DNA from: a virus
Taxonomy: Duplodnaviria > Caudoviricetes
Reading direction: 5' to 3' (one strand)
DNA: 37,290 nt
IMG/VR virus record: IMGVR_UViG_3300008255_004742
Coordinates: 1 to 37,290 of that record
Shown here: positions 26,720 to 35,767 of the stretch, in pieces
Position numbering within the stretch: position 1 is the stretch's first letter
How the letters are laid out: each line of letters opens with the position of its first letter
The notes under the pieces: model-generated
What the model saw: the letters and a program-made list of their open reading frames with translations, nothing else
Database searches by the model: none
Told to the model about the DNA's origin: nothing
Position numbers and translations under genes: made by a program

Positions 26720-27033
26720 TTTAAACTCCTGCTTTTATAGATCCTGGTTCCATTAAGAAGACCAATCATTTCACCCAACCTAGCCTCTTTCCCATAGTTA
26801 GTTGGATTAACTAAAAAAGCAGAATTAGTGAAAATTGAGTCTAATTCATAAGCAGTTAGAACAACCACTTTGGGCATAGATTTACTATAAACAATATGTT
26901 TCCAAGTCTCTTTATCGTAATTTCTTAGTTGGTGATCTGGACTCTCTTCATAAGAAGCAATTAGGGTATTTTTATTTCCTAAAAAGAAAGCAATTGCTGA
27001 TAGCACAGCAATAATTATTAAAATTTCGTTCAT
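26716..27033 (-). CDS. Hypothetical protein with N-terminal TM/signal
   Basis: ILIIIAVLSAIAFFL; 4-nt overlaps. Confidence 0.6.
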   Translation of the reverse strand: MNEILIIIAVLSAIAFFLGNKNTLIASYEESPDHQLRNYDKETWKHIVYSKSMPKVVVLTAYELDSIFTNSAFLVNPTNYGKEARLGEMIGLLNGTRIYKSRSLK

Positions 27034-27374
27034 TGTTCCTCCTTTGAACTAGTTTGTATACTGCGCAATCTGGTCTCATAGTTAGTAATAATTGATTCAA
27101 TGCTATCTAAAGTTCTTTGTGATAATATTGATCTTTGCCTTACAATGGAAAGCTCTCTAAAGTAATCGTTGCCCATTGGACTGTGACTAGTTCTTAGCCT
27201 CTCTTCAAAATAATCTGATATTTTCTTACCTTCTTTAAAAGCCTCGGTTATTGTTTTGATAAATGAATTGTTTAAATCACTAATCCGTGACTGTTTAATA
27301 GCTTCAGAGACTAATCCTTCTTTTTTGTCTAGTTCGATAGTAGTGAGTGTGTTTTTTTGCATAACTAATACCAC
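27030..27374 (-). CDS. Hypothetical phage protein
   Basis: ORF in operon. Confidence 0.55.
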   Translation of the reverse strand: MVLVMQKNTLTTIELDKKEGLVSEAIKQSRISDLNNSFIKTITEAFKEGKKISDYFEERLRTSHSPMGNDYFRELSIVRQRSILSQRTLDSIESIITNYETRLRSIQTSSKEEQ

Positions 27375-28012
27375 CCATCTTTATTAAACAATTCGTCTTC
27401 TGGGTAATCTCCTTGATTAGACTCAATGGTTGGAGGTCTTTCTGTTTGGTACATTTGCCAACCAATAGCAGGGGACATAACACCATCATCGTGGTTTCCA
27501 CTTGATGCCTGTGGTTTGCCACCTCTTCCTTTGATGAAGGTTTTATGGTGATCTAGCATCATTTGGTCATAAATCTTAGTTGCATGGCTATCAAAGGCAT
27601 CTTTCCAGTCTCCAACTAAATATGGCCTTGTTCTTGAGTTAGTATCCCAACCAAGTAATTTTGTTTCTTCTTCACCTTCGGTCTTACCTCTGCTTTTCAT
27701 TACATAAAGTGTATATTTATTTTTTCTATTTAAAACTCTAAGTCTCTCCATTTCACTTGATCCACCATTTTGTCTTTCTAGTCCAACTACCGGAGGGACA
27801 CCAGTTAAGTCAAAAAGGTACTCTAAAGATCTATGAATATCAGGAGTCATTGTTGCTGCAACTCCATCGTTAGCATAAACAATAGGCCAGTCTAAATATT
27901 TGTAGCTCAAAAATGGTACAAAATTAAAATCACCACCACCTTGGGCACAGTCTCCGGGGACTATGAAAAACTCACCTTTCTCGATTTTTCTATATACTCT
28001 AAATTCCTGCAT
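27365..28012 (-). CDS. Terminase large subunit, nuclease (RNase H-like) part
   Basis: GDCAQGG, GLERQNGG, GWDTN..TRP, HDDGVMS. Confidence 0.85.
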   Translation of the reverse strand: MQEFRVYRKIEKGEFFIVPGDCAQGGGDFNFVPFLSYKYLDWPIVYANDGVAATMTPDIHRSLEYLFDLTGVPPVVGLERQNGGSSEMERLRVLNRKNKYTLYVMKSRGKTEGEEETKLLGWDTNSRTRPYLVGDWKDAFDSHATKIYDQMMLDHHKTFIKGRGGKPQASSGNHDDGVMSPAIGWQMYQTERPPTIESNQGDYPEDELFNKDGWY

Positions 28013-29000
28013 AAGCTAGATTTAATTCAGCTCCTTTTTTAATTGGTTTTCTAATTATTTTTGAATAGTAATTAATAGCTTCTTTTTCAAAGTAGGGATC
28101 ACCCCCTAGTAAAAAGGCTTCAACGTCATAAGTTGGATATTCTCTTAGTTCTTCTAAATCAGTTAGGCCACGAGTCTTTCTAAAGTGCCAAAAGCATTGA
28201 GCTCTTGTAACTCCATAGTCATTAATGATTTGTAGATAATACTTGGGAATTTGCCACTCGGCTGGGGGCTCATGGGAGTATTCAGGGTGTAGCCACCAAC
28301 CAAGAAACCTACTTGTGTATTCTGAGTTTGGATCTTTACCTATTTCATATTCTGTATGGAAATAGTCGCCAGACATGTTTCCAGTAGATTCTCTAAAAAT
28401 TTTTCCAACTCCGTCATCAACTTGTTTAGATGCGCCAACAACAAGCTTTTTAGCATTTATTACTTCGGTATTTGGGTAGAAAGCAATCTCAGTAAATAAT
28501 AAATTTTGTTTGGTTCCACCTCTTCCAGAAACCTTAGCACTAGCAGTTTGTGTACCAAATGCAGAGCCTCTCATTCCTTCGATCTTTTCACCCTGCTCGT
28601 CTGATTTGAGGAGTTTCTTTCTGATTTTATAGATGTCTGAATCATTGTTAACATGAAATGATTTAGCTATCCAACAGTTGTAAAAAAAGCTCATCCTGTT
28701 AAAGTGAACACTTGTTTCATCATCTTTATGTGAATAAACGTCTGAGAATGATAAGGGCATTTCACCTAACTCAGAGAGAATAAAATCAACTGTGAACATT
28801 GCGACTACGAATGTTGAGCCACCCCACTGTCTAAACTTGAGCCAATTCTCTCTAATACCTTTAAAATCTGGGTAGTCTTCTTGAAGTAGAGAATAAATGT
28901 GATTTTGAGTGTTATTTAAAATAAAAGGAATAGTCTCACCTTTTTTGTTGATGAGCATAAAGTTGTCTTCGATGAATGCTTTGTAGTCAACGTATTTCAT
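27999..29000 (-). CDS. Terminase large subunit, ATPase part
   Basis: PFILNNTQ (Q motif), LKFRQWGGST (Walker A variant), GRGGT, LLFTE (Walker B), ESTGN. Confidence 0.88.
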   Translation of the reverse strand: MKYVDYKAFIEDNFMLINKKGETIPFILNNTQNHIYSLLQEDYPDFKGIRENWLKFRQWGGSTFVVAMFTVDFILSELGEMPLSFSDVYSHKDDETSVHFNRMSFFYNCWIAKSFHVNNDSDIYKIRKKLLKSDEQGEKIEGMRGSAFGTQTASAKVSGRGGTKQNLLFTEIAFYPNTEVINAKKLVVGASKQVDDGVGKIFRESTGNMSGDYFHTEYEIGKDPNSEYTSRFLGWWLHPEYSHEPPAEWQIPKYYLQIINDYGVTRAQCFWHFRKTRGLTDLEELREYPTYDVEAFLLGGDPYFEKEAINYYSKIIRKPIKKGAELNLAYAGI

Positions 29001-29009
29001 TTTTCAGAG

Positions 29010-29480
29010 CTACTCTTTTTCCTTTACATACTTGTTTGAATTAAAGTTAAATTGAACTGCTGATGATGGTGCAGCAGGTGCTTCTTCAGAAACATCACGA
29101 CCAGCTATTTTTTGCATTGCTTTCCAGTATTTGAAGTCATTACTGGCTTTTTGAACTCCAATATTGTCTAGCTTGTGTCTTAAAAGGACCATGTATCTTT
29201 CTTTTTCTTTTTCAAACCATTCGAGGAATCCGGGTTTTTTAAGCCATTTATACCAACTGGTGCGATCAATTCCACATTCATCAGCAATCTCAGAAATATT
29301 ATTTGTCATTAAATCTGCTGATGTAGCAATCCATAATTTCATGGATGCAGTTGGTTTAAACACTGTTTGAACTGTTGAAGTTTTCGACAACTGTTTTGGC
29401 TCATTAATTACTTTGAGTTGTGAGTCCTTTTTTGCTGGTAGGGCAGGAAGAGTGGGGGGCACCGGATCACTCCTCCACAA
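29010..29480 (-). CDS. Putative terminase small subunit (HTH)
   Basis: [26 protein letters not shown]; directly upstream of terL. Confidence 0.7.
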   Translation of the reverse strand: MWRSDPVPPTLPALPAKKDSQLKVINEPKQLSKTSTVQTVFKPTASMKLWIATSADLMTNNISEIADECGIDRTSWYKWLKKPGFLEWFEKEKERYMVLLRHKLDNIGVQKASNDFKYWKAMQKIAGRDVSEEAPAAPSSAVQFNFNSNKYVKEKE

Positions 29481-29979
29481 TTACTCCAAGTGCCTTGAAG
29501 AAGTCGCCTACTTGGTTCTTTTTTATTTTAGTTGTGCCACCTTTTCCGTAAAACTTAGTCTGGTAGAAGTCAGCACCTCCCAAGTCAGCACCTCCCAAGT
29601 CAGCACCTCCCAAGTTAGCACCTTCCAAGTCAGCACCTTCCAAGTTAGCACCTTCCAAGTTAGCACCTTCCAAGTTAGCACCTTCCAAGTTAGCACCTTC
29701 CAAGTTAGCACCTCTCAAGTAAGCACCTCCCAAGTTAGCACCTTCCAAGTCAGCACCTCTCAAGTAAGCACCTCCCAAGTTAGCACCTTCCAAGTCAGCA
29801 CCTTCGCTAACTGCTTCAACTACTGCTTCTTTAATAGTTTCTTTTTCACTCTCAAAGAGTAATTCTCCTACTATTGTTTTGATTTGAATCTTAGTTTTAC
29901 TAGACTCTTTATTATCTTTTTCAACCTGTTCTTTGATTAAGGCGTAGGTTTCATCGCTTATTGTTATTGTTTTAGACAT
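29467..29979 (-). CDS. Pentapeptide-repeat protein with RHH-like N-terminus
   Basis: 15 A(D/N/Y)L(E/G/R)G units; [16 protein letters not shown]. Confidence 0.9.
   Translation of the reverse strand: MSKTITISDETYALIKEQVEKDNKESSKTKIQIKTIVGELLFESEKETIKEAVVEAVSEGADLEGANLGGAYLRGADLEGANLGGAYLRGANLEGANLEGANLEGANLEGANLEGADLEGANLGGADLGGADLGGADFYQTKFYGKGGTTKIKKNQVGDFFKALGVIVEE
29567..29805. repeat. 15-bp tandem repeat (~16 units) encoding the pentapeptides
   Basis: CAAGT(T/C/A)AGCACCT(TC/CC/CT) repeated head to tail. Confidence 0.95.
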
Positions 29980-30070
29980 TTTGTCCTTTCATGAGTTTTA
30001 TAACTTTATTAAGTGTTGGATAGATAATCCATTTTTCAATTTTGGTTAGTAATTTAAAAAAATGTTTCAT
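29972..30070 (-). CDS. Unannotated 32-aa basic amphipathic peptide
   Basis: AGGAG RBS; [32 protein letters not shown]; overlaps the next start. Confidence 0.5.
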   Translation of the reverse strand: MKHFFKLLTKIEKWIIYPTLNKVIKLMKGQNV

Positions 30071-30134
30071 ATTTCTCCTGTTGTTTATAATTTTGTTTTC
30101 ACCCACCGGTAAGTTAACGATGGATGATTTAAAA

Positions 30135-31727
30135 CTATGCTTCTACTTTCTTTTCTTCAACGTCAGTGATCAAGCATTCTGTTGTTAGAATCATAGCTGC
30201 TGATGAAGCTGCGTTTTTGAGTGATGAAGTAGCAACTAAGGCAGGTTCAATAACTCCATTAACTACTAGGTCAACAAACTCTCCGGTCATGACGTTGTAA
30301 CCAAAGTTGTCATTAGCATCTTCTTCGATTCTTTTAACAATCCATCCAGCATCTTCTCCAGAGTTTTCAATGAGTTTTCTAATTGGAAGACTAAGAATGT
30401 GTTTAATGAGTCTGACACCAGCTAATTCATCTTCAGAAGAACATTTAACTTTGTCTAAAACTCTTCTAGCCTTAAGTAGAGCAACTCCACCACCTGGAAT
30501 AATTCCAGAGTTTAAGGCTGATTTCATTGCCTCTTTAGCATCTTTGACTCTTTCTTTGAGGTTATTTGCTTCAGCTTCTGTTGCTGCTCCAACTTTGATA
30601 CTAGCAATACCAGAGGCTAATTTAGCTCTTCTTTCTTCAAGTTTTTCTTTATCAAACTCTGAGTTAGTTGCTTCAATTTCTTGTTCAATTAGTTTGATTC
30701 TGGCTTGAATCTCATTTTTGTTTCCAAGACCGACCATAGTCGTGGTTTGTCTAGTTGTTTTGACTAAACTTGCTTTTCCAAGGTTTTCAACGCCAACTTG
30801 ATCAAGCCTATCTCCAGCATCTTGGAAAACTGGATCTGCTTCAGTAAGTACAGATAAGTCTTCTAAGATAGCTTTTCTCCTATCTCCATATCCTGGGGCC
30901 TTAAGTGCTACACAATTAAAGACTCCCCTTAATACATTGACGACTAATGTTTGAAGAGCTTCTCCACCGATATCATCTGCAATAACAACAAAATTCTTCA
31001 TGTTATTTTTCATAAGCACTTCAATTAGAGGAAGAATATCTGCTCTAGACATTAATTTGTAATCAGTGATGAAGATGACTGGCTCGATTAACTCGACTGT
31101 CATTGTTTCTCTATCTGTTACAAAATAAGGAGAAATATAACCCCGATCAAACTCCATACCCTCGCTATGCTCAATCTCAATATTCATTGATCTACCTGAC
31201 TCTACCTCAACAATTCCGTCTTTTCCGACTAATCTGTATGCTTCTGCAATCTTCTTTCCAATCTCCTCATTCTGAGCCGATAGAGTGGCTACTTTTTCCC
31301 AATCCTTCTCTGAAACTGGTTTAGAGATTCTGTTAATTTCTTTAATAACTGCCTCAACAGCTTTTTTAATGCCTTTCTCCATACTCATGGGATTAACACC
31401 AGAAACAATATGTCTCATCCCATTAATAACAATCTGTTCTGTGAGTAGAGTAGCAGTGGTAGTCCCATCTCCAGTCTCTTCATTAGTTTTACTTGCAGCT
31501 TCTTTGATTAATTGAGCGCCCATGTTCTCAAACTTGTCTTCAAGCTCAATCTCTTTTGCTACTGAAGCTCCGTCATGAATAACTGCTGGTGGGCCCCATA
31601 CTTTATCAATAGCCACATTTCTACCTTTTGGACCAAGGGTTGTTGTTACTGCTTTTGAAACAATACTCACTCCCTTTAAAATCTTTTGTCTTGCTAGTTC
31701 GTCAAAAATGATTTGTTTTGCTGACAT
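30135..31727 (-). CDS. groEL: Chaperonin GroEL (phage-borne)
   Basis: TLGPKGRNV, GDGTTTAT, EGMEFDRGYISPYF, KAPGYGDRRK, GIIPGGG; no GGM tail. Confidence 0.97.
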   Translation of the reverse strand: MSAKQIIFDELARQKILKGVSIVSKAVTTTLGPKGRNVAIDKVWGPPAVIHDGASVAKEIELEDKFENMGAQLIKEAASKTNEETGDGTTTATLLTEQIVINGMRHIVSGVNPMSMEKGIKKAVEAVIKEINRISKPVSEKDWEKVATLSAQNEEIGKKIAEAYRLVGKDGIVEVESGRSMNIEIEHSEGMEFDRGYISPYFVTDRETMTVELIEPVIFITDYKLMSRADILPLIEVLMKNNMKNFVVIADDIGGEALQTLVVNVLRGVFNCVALKAPGYGDRRKAILEDLSVLTEADPVFQDAGDRLDQVGVENLGKASLVKTTRQTTTMVGLGNKNEIQARIKLIEQEIEATNSEFDKEKLEERRAKLASGIASIKVGAATEAEANNLKERVKDAKEAMKSALNSGIIPGGGVALLKARRVLDKVKCSSEDELAGVRLIKHILSLPIRKLIENSGEDAGWIVKRIEEDANDNFGYNVMTGEFVDLVVNGVIEPALVATSSLKNAASSAAMILTTECLITDVEEKKVEA

Positions 31728-32053
31728 TATTTTTCCTCCTTACTTACTAATGCTAATATGTCTTCAAATTTCACCAACTGATATTTATCACCATTCAGAT
31801 CAACCTCGCTTCCTGTCCATTGTTTGAAAATTATTGTAACTCCATCTCTAAGACCATCGAGAATTTCATTCATTGAATAGTCTTTCTTAAGTTTTAATGG
31901 GGTAGCTCCTAAACTAATAATTACTCCATGCTGAGGAATCTCGTTATCGTTTTCTGGTAAGTAAATCCCTGATTCTGTTTTATTTTCAGCCTTAGCTGGT
32001 TTAACTAGTGCATAGCCTCTGCTTGGCTTAATTTGGTTTGGTGTAAAGTTCAT
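31727..32053 (-). CDS. groES: Co-chaperonin GroES (phage-borne)
   Basis: KTESGIYLP mobile loop, G.EV...G..Y.LV..EDILA. Confidence 0.93.
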   Translation of the reverse strand: MNFTPNQIKPSRGYALVKPAKAENKTESGIYLPENDNEIPQHGVIISLGATPLKLKKDYSMNEILDGLRDGVTIIFKQWTGSEVDLNGDKYQLVKFEDILALVSKEEK

Positions 32054-32082
32054 TTTTACTCCTACTTAATACTTTTTAATAT

Positions 32083-32454
32083 TTATCTAATAATGCTTAA
32101 TTTTATATCTGCTCTTTTACCGAGCTTATCCTCTAAAAGATTCCATTTAAGTCTCCAATCAGCTGACTCAAACCCTTTAACCTCCACGTATTCTGTTAAT
32201 CCATTTTTGTGATAAACAACAAAATCTATTTTGTAATCAGCAACTCTTGACCCGTTTTCACCAAATAACTCAACTTTTACCTGTCTTTCCCAAAGATCTA
32301 TTTTTCCCTCTTTGATATCTCTATCTAGTTTTGCTGCATATCTAGCTTCTAGTTTTGAGTCATATGAAAAACCTTTATAAGTTTGGTTTACATGCTCAAA
32401 TTCGTGTTGGTTAATAAACTTTTTATCTTGTTTCATTTTCAGGCTCATTGTCAA
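32083..32454 (-). CDS. DUF1064-like PD-(D/E)XK endonuclease
   Basis: YDSKLEARY, YKIDFVVY, EVKG. Confidence 0.8.
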   Translation of the reverse strand: MTMSLKMKQDKKFINQHEFEHVNQTYKGFSYDSKLEARYAAKLDRDIKEGKIDLWERQVKVELFGENGSRVADYKIDFVVYHKNGLTEYVEVKGFESADWRLKWNLLEDKLGKRADIKLSIIR

Positions 32455-32680
32455 AGTTATTTAAAAATTCGACATTTACTAAAATTAACTGCCAAAACTT
32501 TTCACTTCTCATAATCTCATCGTGATATGCTCTCATGGTTATGTGTCCCCATTCTTTTAATAGCATTTTTTCTATTCTGTCTTTTGCTAAATACAAGCTC
32601 TCATCACAAATGATTGCTTCAAAGCTTTCTGTTTCCTTATCTTTTTCTGTCAAAGAACAGTTGAATGTATATCTGTACAT
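32423..32680 (-). CDS. Hypothetical phage protein
   Basis: ORF with AGGA RBS in the early operon. Confidence 0.55.
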   Translation of the reverse strand: MYRYTFNCSLTEKDKETESFEAIICDESLYLAKDRIEKMLLKEWGHITMRAYHDEIMRSEKFWQLILVNVEFLNNFDNEPENETR

Positions 32681-32691
32681 GTTTTTCCTTT

Positions 32692-33153
32692 TTAACTTAA
32701 TAATGTTTGTTGCACGTTTTTATTTAGTTCTAATAGCTCAGCCTGTTCTTCTTGTGAAAGAGCACTTATGCTAATCATGTTAATTTCCAACTCAAGATTT
32801 TCTTTTCTTTTGATAAGATTCTCGTCTGTGATTCCACTTGCTAAAACCCTCTCAAAAAAAGCTAACTGTTTTTCTTTAGACTTAAGTTCTGATCTTTGTT
32901 TTTTGTCTAGTTTTATTGACTTTAAAAATGACTTAGGTTTAGTTGTTCCAACTAAAACAAAATGCCCTGGCTCAGTGTTATTTATTACCCAGCCGTTCTT
33001 TCTAAGTTCATGTATTCTTGTGTTGTATTGGGCTATTCCAAGACCTCCAGTTCGTGAATTAGTCATTTCATAGACATAAACTCCTTTGAAACCCCTAGCT
33101 TGTAGAAGCTCTAGCAATCTCTCTCTTTGGGTTTGCGCAGTCGTTATTTTCAT
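32692..33153 (-). CDS. Winged-HTH DNA-binding protein
   Basis: TQRERLLELL...GIAQYNTRIHELRKNGWVI. Confidence 0.7.
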   Translation of the reverse strand: MKITTAQTQRERLLELLQARGFKGVYVYEMTNSRTGGLGIAQYNTRIHELRKNGWVINNTEPGHFVLVGTTKPKSFLKSIKLDKKQRSELKSKEKQLAFFERVLASGITDENLIKRKENLELEINMISISALSQEEQAELLELNKNVQQTLLS

Positions 33154-33929
33154 GCAATCCTCCCAAATCTCTGCCTAATCTCTTTTAAAGTTTCCATATT
33201 TGCAGCTCTCACTTCTTCAGATATCGCTGGAACCACAGGCTTCTCAAACTTGACCTGTTTTTTAACTTGGTCATCATCAAGGGCTTTTTTAACCCATTTC
33301 ATGAGGGTTCTCTTGAAGTTTCTCCCTCTACCTCTGCTAGGTTTTTCTTCAACCCAATTCTCAAGATCATCTTTCTTTGAAGTAACAAAAGAGAGAGAAA
33401 CTTGATATTTATCAGAAATCTCAACCAAAACATCCTCGGTTAGCGCGGCTAACTCTTGAAGATACTTGGGACCAGTGCGCGGCACAGTGGTTTCTTGTTT
33501 TTGATTTATGATTTTTGATTTATGATTTATATTTAAACTTTGTTTAATATTTGTTTTAACTTTGTTTAAACAAAAATCATTGAAGTATTCGATTATTTCT
33601 TGTGGAACAGAGTTAATCTCTTTTTCTTTTGCAGCTTCAACTCTTTGATTCCTAACATAATCGACATACGCACAATCGTGTTTGTGATAAATCCATTCTT
33701 CTTTAAAGAAACACCAACTAAGCTCTTCTAATTCTTTTTTTGCATCATTTATTTGAACAGTATTTAAACCGGTATCAAACGAAATCCTTCTATCAGAAAG
33801 TCTTGTATATCTTGAAAGTCCTAAAGATTGATTAGTAATCAAATACATGAAAAACAATTTAGTTTCTTGTTTGCAGTTAGCAAACTTTTCATCTAGCCAT
33901 AGTTGTGGATAAACTATTCTTGTTTTCAT
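33150..33929 (-). CDS. Replication initiator / replisome organiser
   Basis: R.V...LW.D..F......KL.F.YL.TN N-terminus; internal iteron-like repeats; C-terminal NFKRTLMKW. Confidence 0.78.
   Translation of the reverse strand: MKTRIVYPQLWLDEKFANCKQETKLFFMYLITNQSLGLSRYTRLSDRRISFDTGLNTVQINDAKKELEELSWCFFKEEWIYHKHDCAYVDYVRNQRVEAAKEKEINSVPQEIIEYFNDFCLNKVKTNIKQSLNINHKSKIINQKQETTVPRTGPKYLQELAALTEDVLVEISDKYQVSLSFVTSKKDDLENWVEEKPSRGRGRNFKRTLMKWVKKALDDDQVKKQVKFEKPVVPAISEEVRAANMETLKEIRQRFGRIA
33498..33570. repeat. Iteron-like repeats, probable phage origin
   Basis: 2x TTTTTGATTTATGA and 3x 11-bp A(AC/TA)TTTGTTT(A/T) inside the initiator gene. Confidence 0.6.
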
Positions 33930-34390
33930 TGCTTTAAGTACCTCATTTTCAAATAATCGCTTCCTTGTTTGATTAGGACCAAAGTAGAACCATCAACCTC
34001 AGTTGACTCAACTTTTTTAACTGAATACTTACTTTGTTTTCCTGAGCCAACTTTATTAATAATCACTTCAAAAGTAATTTTGTTTAAAAGAGCTGCTATT
34101 TGACAAATCTCATCTCCTATCTCAACTCCCACTGCTAAAACCTTTATTTCTTGTGTTTCTGGTAAATAAACAACCCATTTATATCTAAGCTTTGGTTGAT
34201 TATTTTTCTTACAGTGTTCACACACTGATGACTGAGTACATGGACCAAGTGGAATATATTTTTTATCCTTAACTGTTCCATGCTCGTATCCGATATATCC
34301 CTCACTAACAATCTTCGCTCTGTTATCACCTTGTTCAAGCTTCACAAAGTTAGATGGCCTTTTGTAGGTTCTATATTCAATTTTTCTCAT
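33926..34390 (-). CDS. Putative single-stranded DNA-binding protein (gp32-like OB fold)
   Basis: FVKLEQGDN...IV, Cys cluster, IKVL, INKVGSG..SKYSV. Confidence 0.55.
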   Translation of the reverse strand: MRKIEYRTYKRPSNFVKLEQGDNRAKIVSEGYIGYEHGTVKDKKYIPLGPCTQSSVCEHCKKNNQPKLRYKWVVYLPETQEIKVLAVGVEIGDEICQIAALLNKITFEVIINKVGSGKQSKYSVKKVESTEVDGSTLVLIKQGSDYLKMRYLKQ

Positions 34391-34572
34391 ATCATTTTTC
34401 GGGCTGACAATATCTCTTCTTCAGCTTCTTTTTGCCCTTTTAAATAATGTTCTGCTTGTTCTTTTATCTCAGGCAGTTCCATCACTAAAACTGATGGTGA
34501 TGTGTGTGATACCTCGCGAATCACATTTCCTTTATTGTCTGTGACTGTTAGGTTGTAGATGATGGCGCTCAT
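34387..34572 (-). CDS. Small hypothetical protein
   Basis: AGGAG RBS, 4-nt overlap with the next gene. Confidence 0.6.
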   Translation of the reverse strand: MSAIIYNLTVTDNKGNVIREVSHTSPSVLVMELPEIKEQAEHYLKGQKEAEEEILSARKMI

Positions 34573-34706
34573 ATCTCGCTCCTACTAATTAATAATTTGT
34601 TTATTAAGAACATTGCTCAGGGGATATTAACGAAATTTGTAGTATTAGTAACTTCTTTTTAATTAAGTACTTTATAATTTCCCCCTGAAAGATATTTTTA
34701 ATGTTC

Positions 34707-35450
34707 TTAGTACCAACTAGGTGTTGAACAATTTCTTCCCGGCGTACCATTCATGTCTCTAAAAATGGGACCCCAAGCCTTTGCTCTTCCACTATTGATT
34801 GCCCAAACGGTAGTGAAAACAGCTTGTTCAGCATCGTATCTAGAACCAATTTCTGTTATTAACCCCTCTTTAATCATGAGTTTTCTGTAACCAACCCACG
34901 TTTCTTCCCAATATTGAAGAGAGCCTCCGGCCATTCCGTTGTCGCCATGATGAGTATTCTCGTCCATTTCTGTGTGTTGAGACTCTCTATTAAGAAGACA
35001 TTGCATTATTCCTATTGTTTCGCTTTGTCTTCCTCTAGTTGGAATAAGTTGAACAGTGTATTTAACTACCCACTCTGAAAATTTCATGAAGGTTTTATAA
35101 TCTTCATCTTCCAAATAACTATCTTGAGAATCTTCTTGCGGGAAAGGCTCAGCGTTCAAGACTGATTGAGCCAGTTGTTGTTCTTCTTGCTGAACCTCCC
35201 TCGCGAGATTATCCTCAGTTATTTCTTCTTCTTGTGGGATTGGACTAATAAATTCTGGCTCTTTAGCTAATACTGGTAGTACACAAAATGCAGCAGTTAT
35301 TAACAAACTAATACCCAGTGCTGTAAATCCAGTTAAGCCGGATTTAGGATTTCTATAACTTCTTTTTTTTCTAGGAATTAAACCAAACTCAATGTATGTG
35401 TAAAGTTTCTTTCCTTTGTTGTGGGAGAGTCGGGATTTTGCTTTTCGCAT
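34707..35450 (-). CDS. Membrane-anchored lysozyme-like (SLT/Rpf-like) transglycosylase
   Basis: TM segment, acidic linker, CLLNRES (catalytic E), G.LQY...TW, terminal AWG. Confidence 0.7.
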   Translation of the reverse strand: MRKAKSRLSHNKGKKLYTYIEFGLIPRKKRSYRNPKSGLTGFTALGISLLITAAFCVLPVLAKEPEFISPIPQEEEITEDNLAREVQQEEQQLAQSVLNAEPFPQEDSQDSYLEDEDYKTFMKFSEWVVKYTVQLIPTRGRQSETIGIMQCLLNRESQHTEMDENTHHGDNGMAGGSLQYWEETWVGYRKLMIKEGLITEIGSRYDAEQAVFTTVWAINSGRAKAWGPIFRDMNGTPGRNCSTPSWY

Positions 35451-35668
35451 TACAACTCCCCTCCAAACTTTCTAACCTTTTGATCAACAACTTTTGCACT
35501 TGAATAGTTAAGCTCTCTTGCAATTTCAGGATTAGTTAAACCCCTTTTTTTCAGGGCCTTAATAGCTAAAGTTTCTTTTTGTCCAAAGTATTCGGAAAAG
35601 ATTGTTGAAACAAAATTCAACAATTTGCGCGAGTTATCAATGTTATAGTTTGATATAATGCTATTCAT
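35450..35668 (-). CDS. Small HTH protein (Cro/excisionase-like position); start uncertain
   Basis: LKKRGLTNPEIARELNYS. Confidence 0.6.
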   Translation of the reverse strand: MNSIISNYNIDNSRKLLNFVSTIFSEYFGQKETLAIKALKKRGLTNPEIARELNYSSAKVVDQKVRKFGGEL

Positions 35669-35674
35669 CGTATT

Positions 35675-35706
35675 AAAAAAGACTTATTACTTTTCAGCAA
35701 TAAGCC
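35675..35706 (-). terminator. Intrinsic terminator downstream of tRNA-Gln
   Basis: GGCTTATTGCT-GAAA-AGTAATAAGTC-TTTTTT. Confidence 0.8.
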
Positions 35707-35767
35707 TTGATTAATACCGGTGGATATTTAATATCTCACGAGCATTATTTCTTCGTTAAATTAGTTA

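Noticed and set aside
29567-29805. Tandem repeat as a CRISPR array; plus-strand (QVSTF)n ORF 29413-29862 and (VLTWK)n ORF 29523-29711
   Set aside because: No spacers; the 15-bp units encode the pentapeptide protein and the other frames are open only as a by-product
1957-34338. Numerous short antisense or nested ORFs in the track (e.g. 1957-2259, 6871-7194, 13496-13843, 15742-16035, 30307-30708)
   Set aside because: Shadows of well-supported genes on the other strand or frame, with no motifs or RBS
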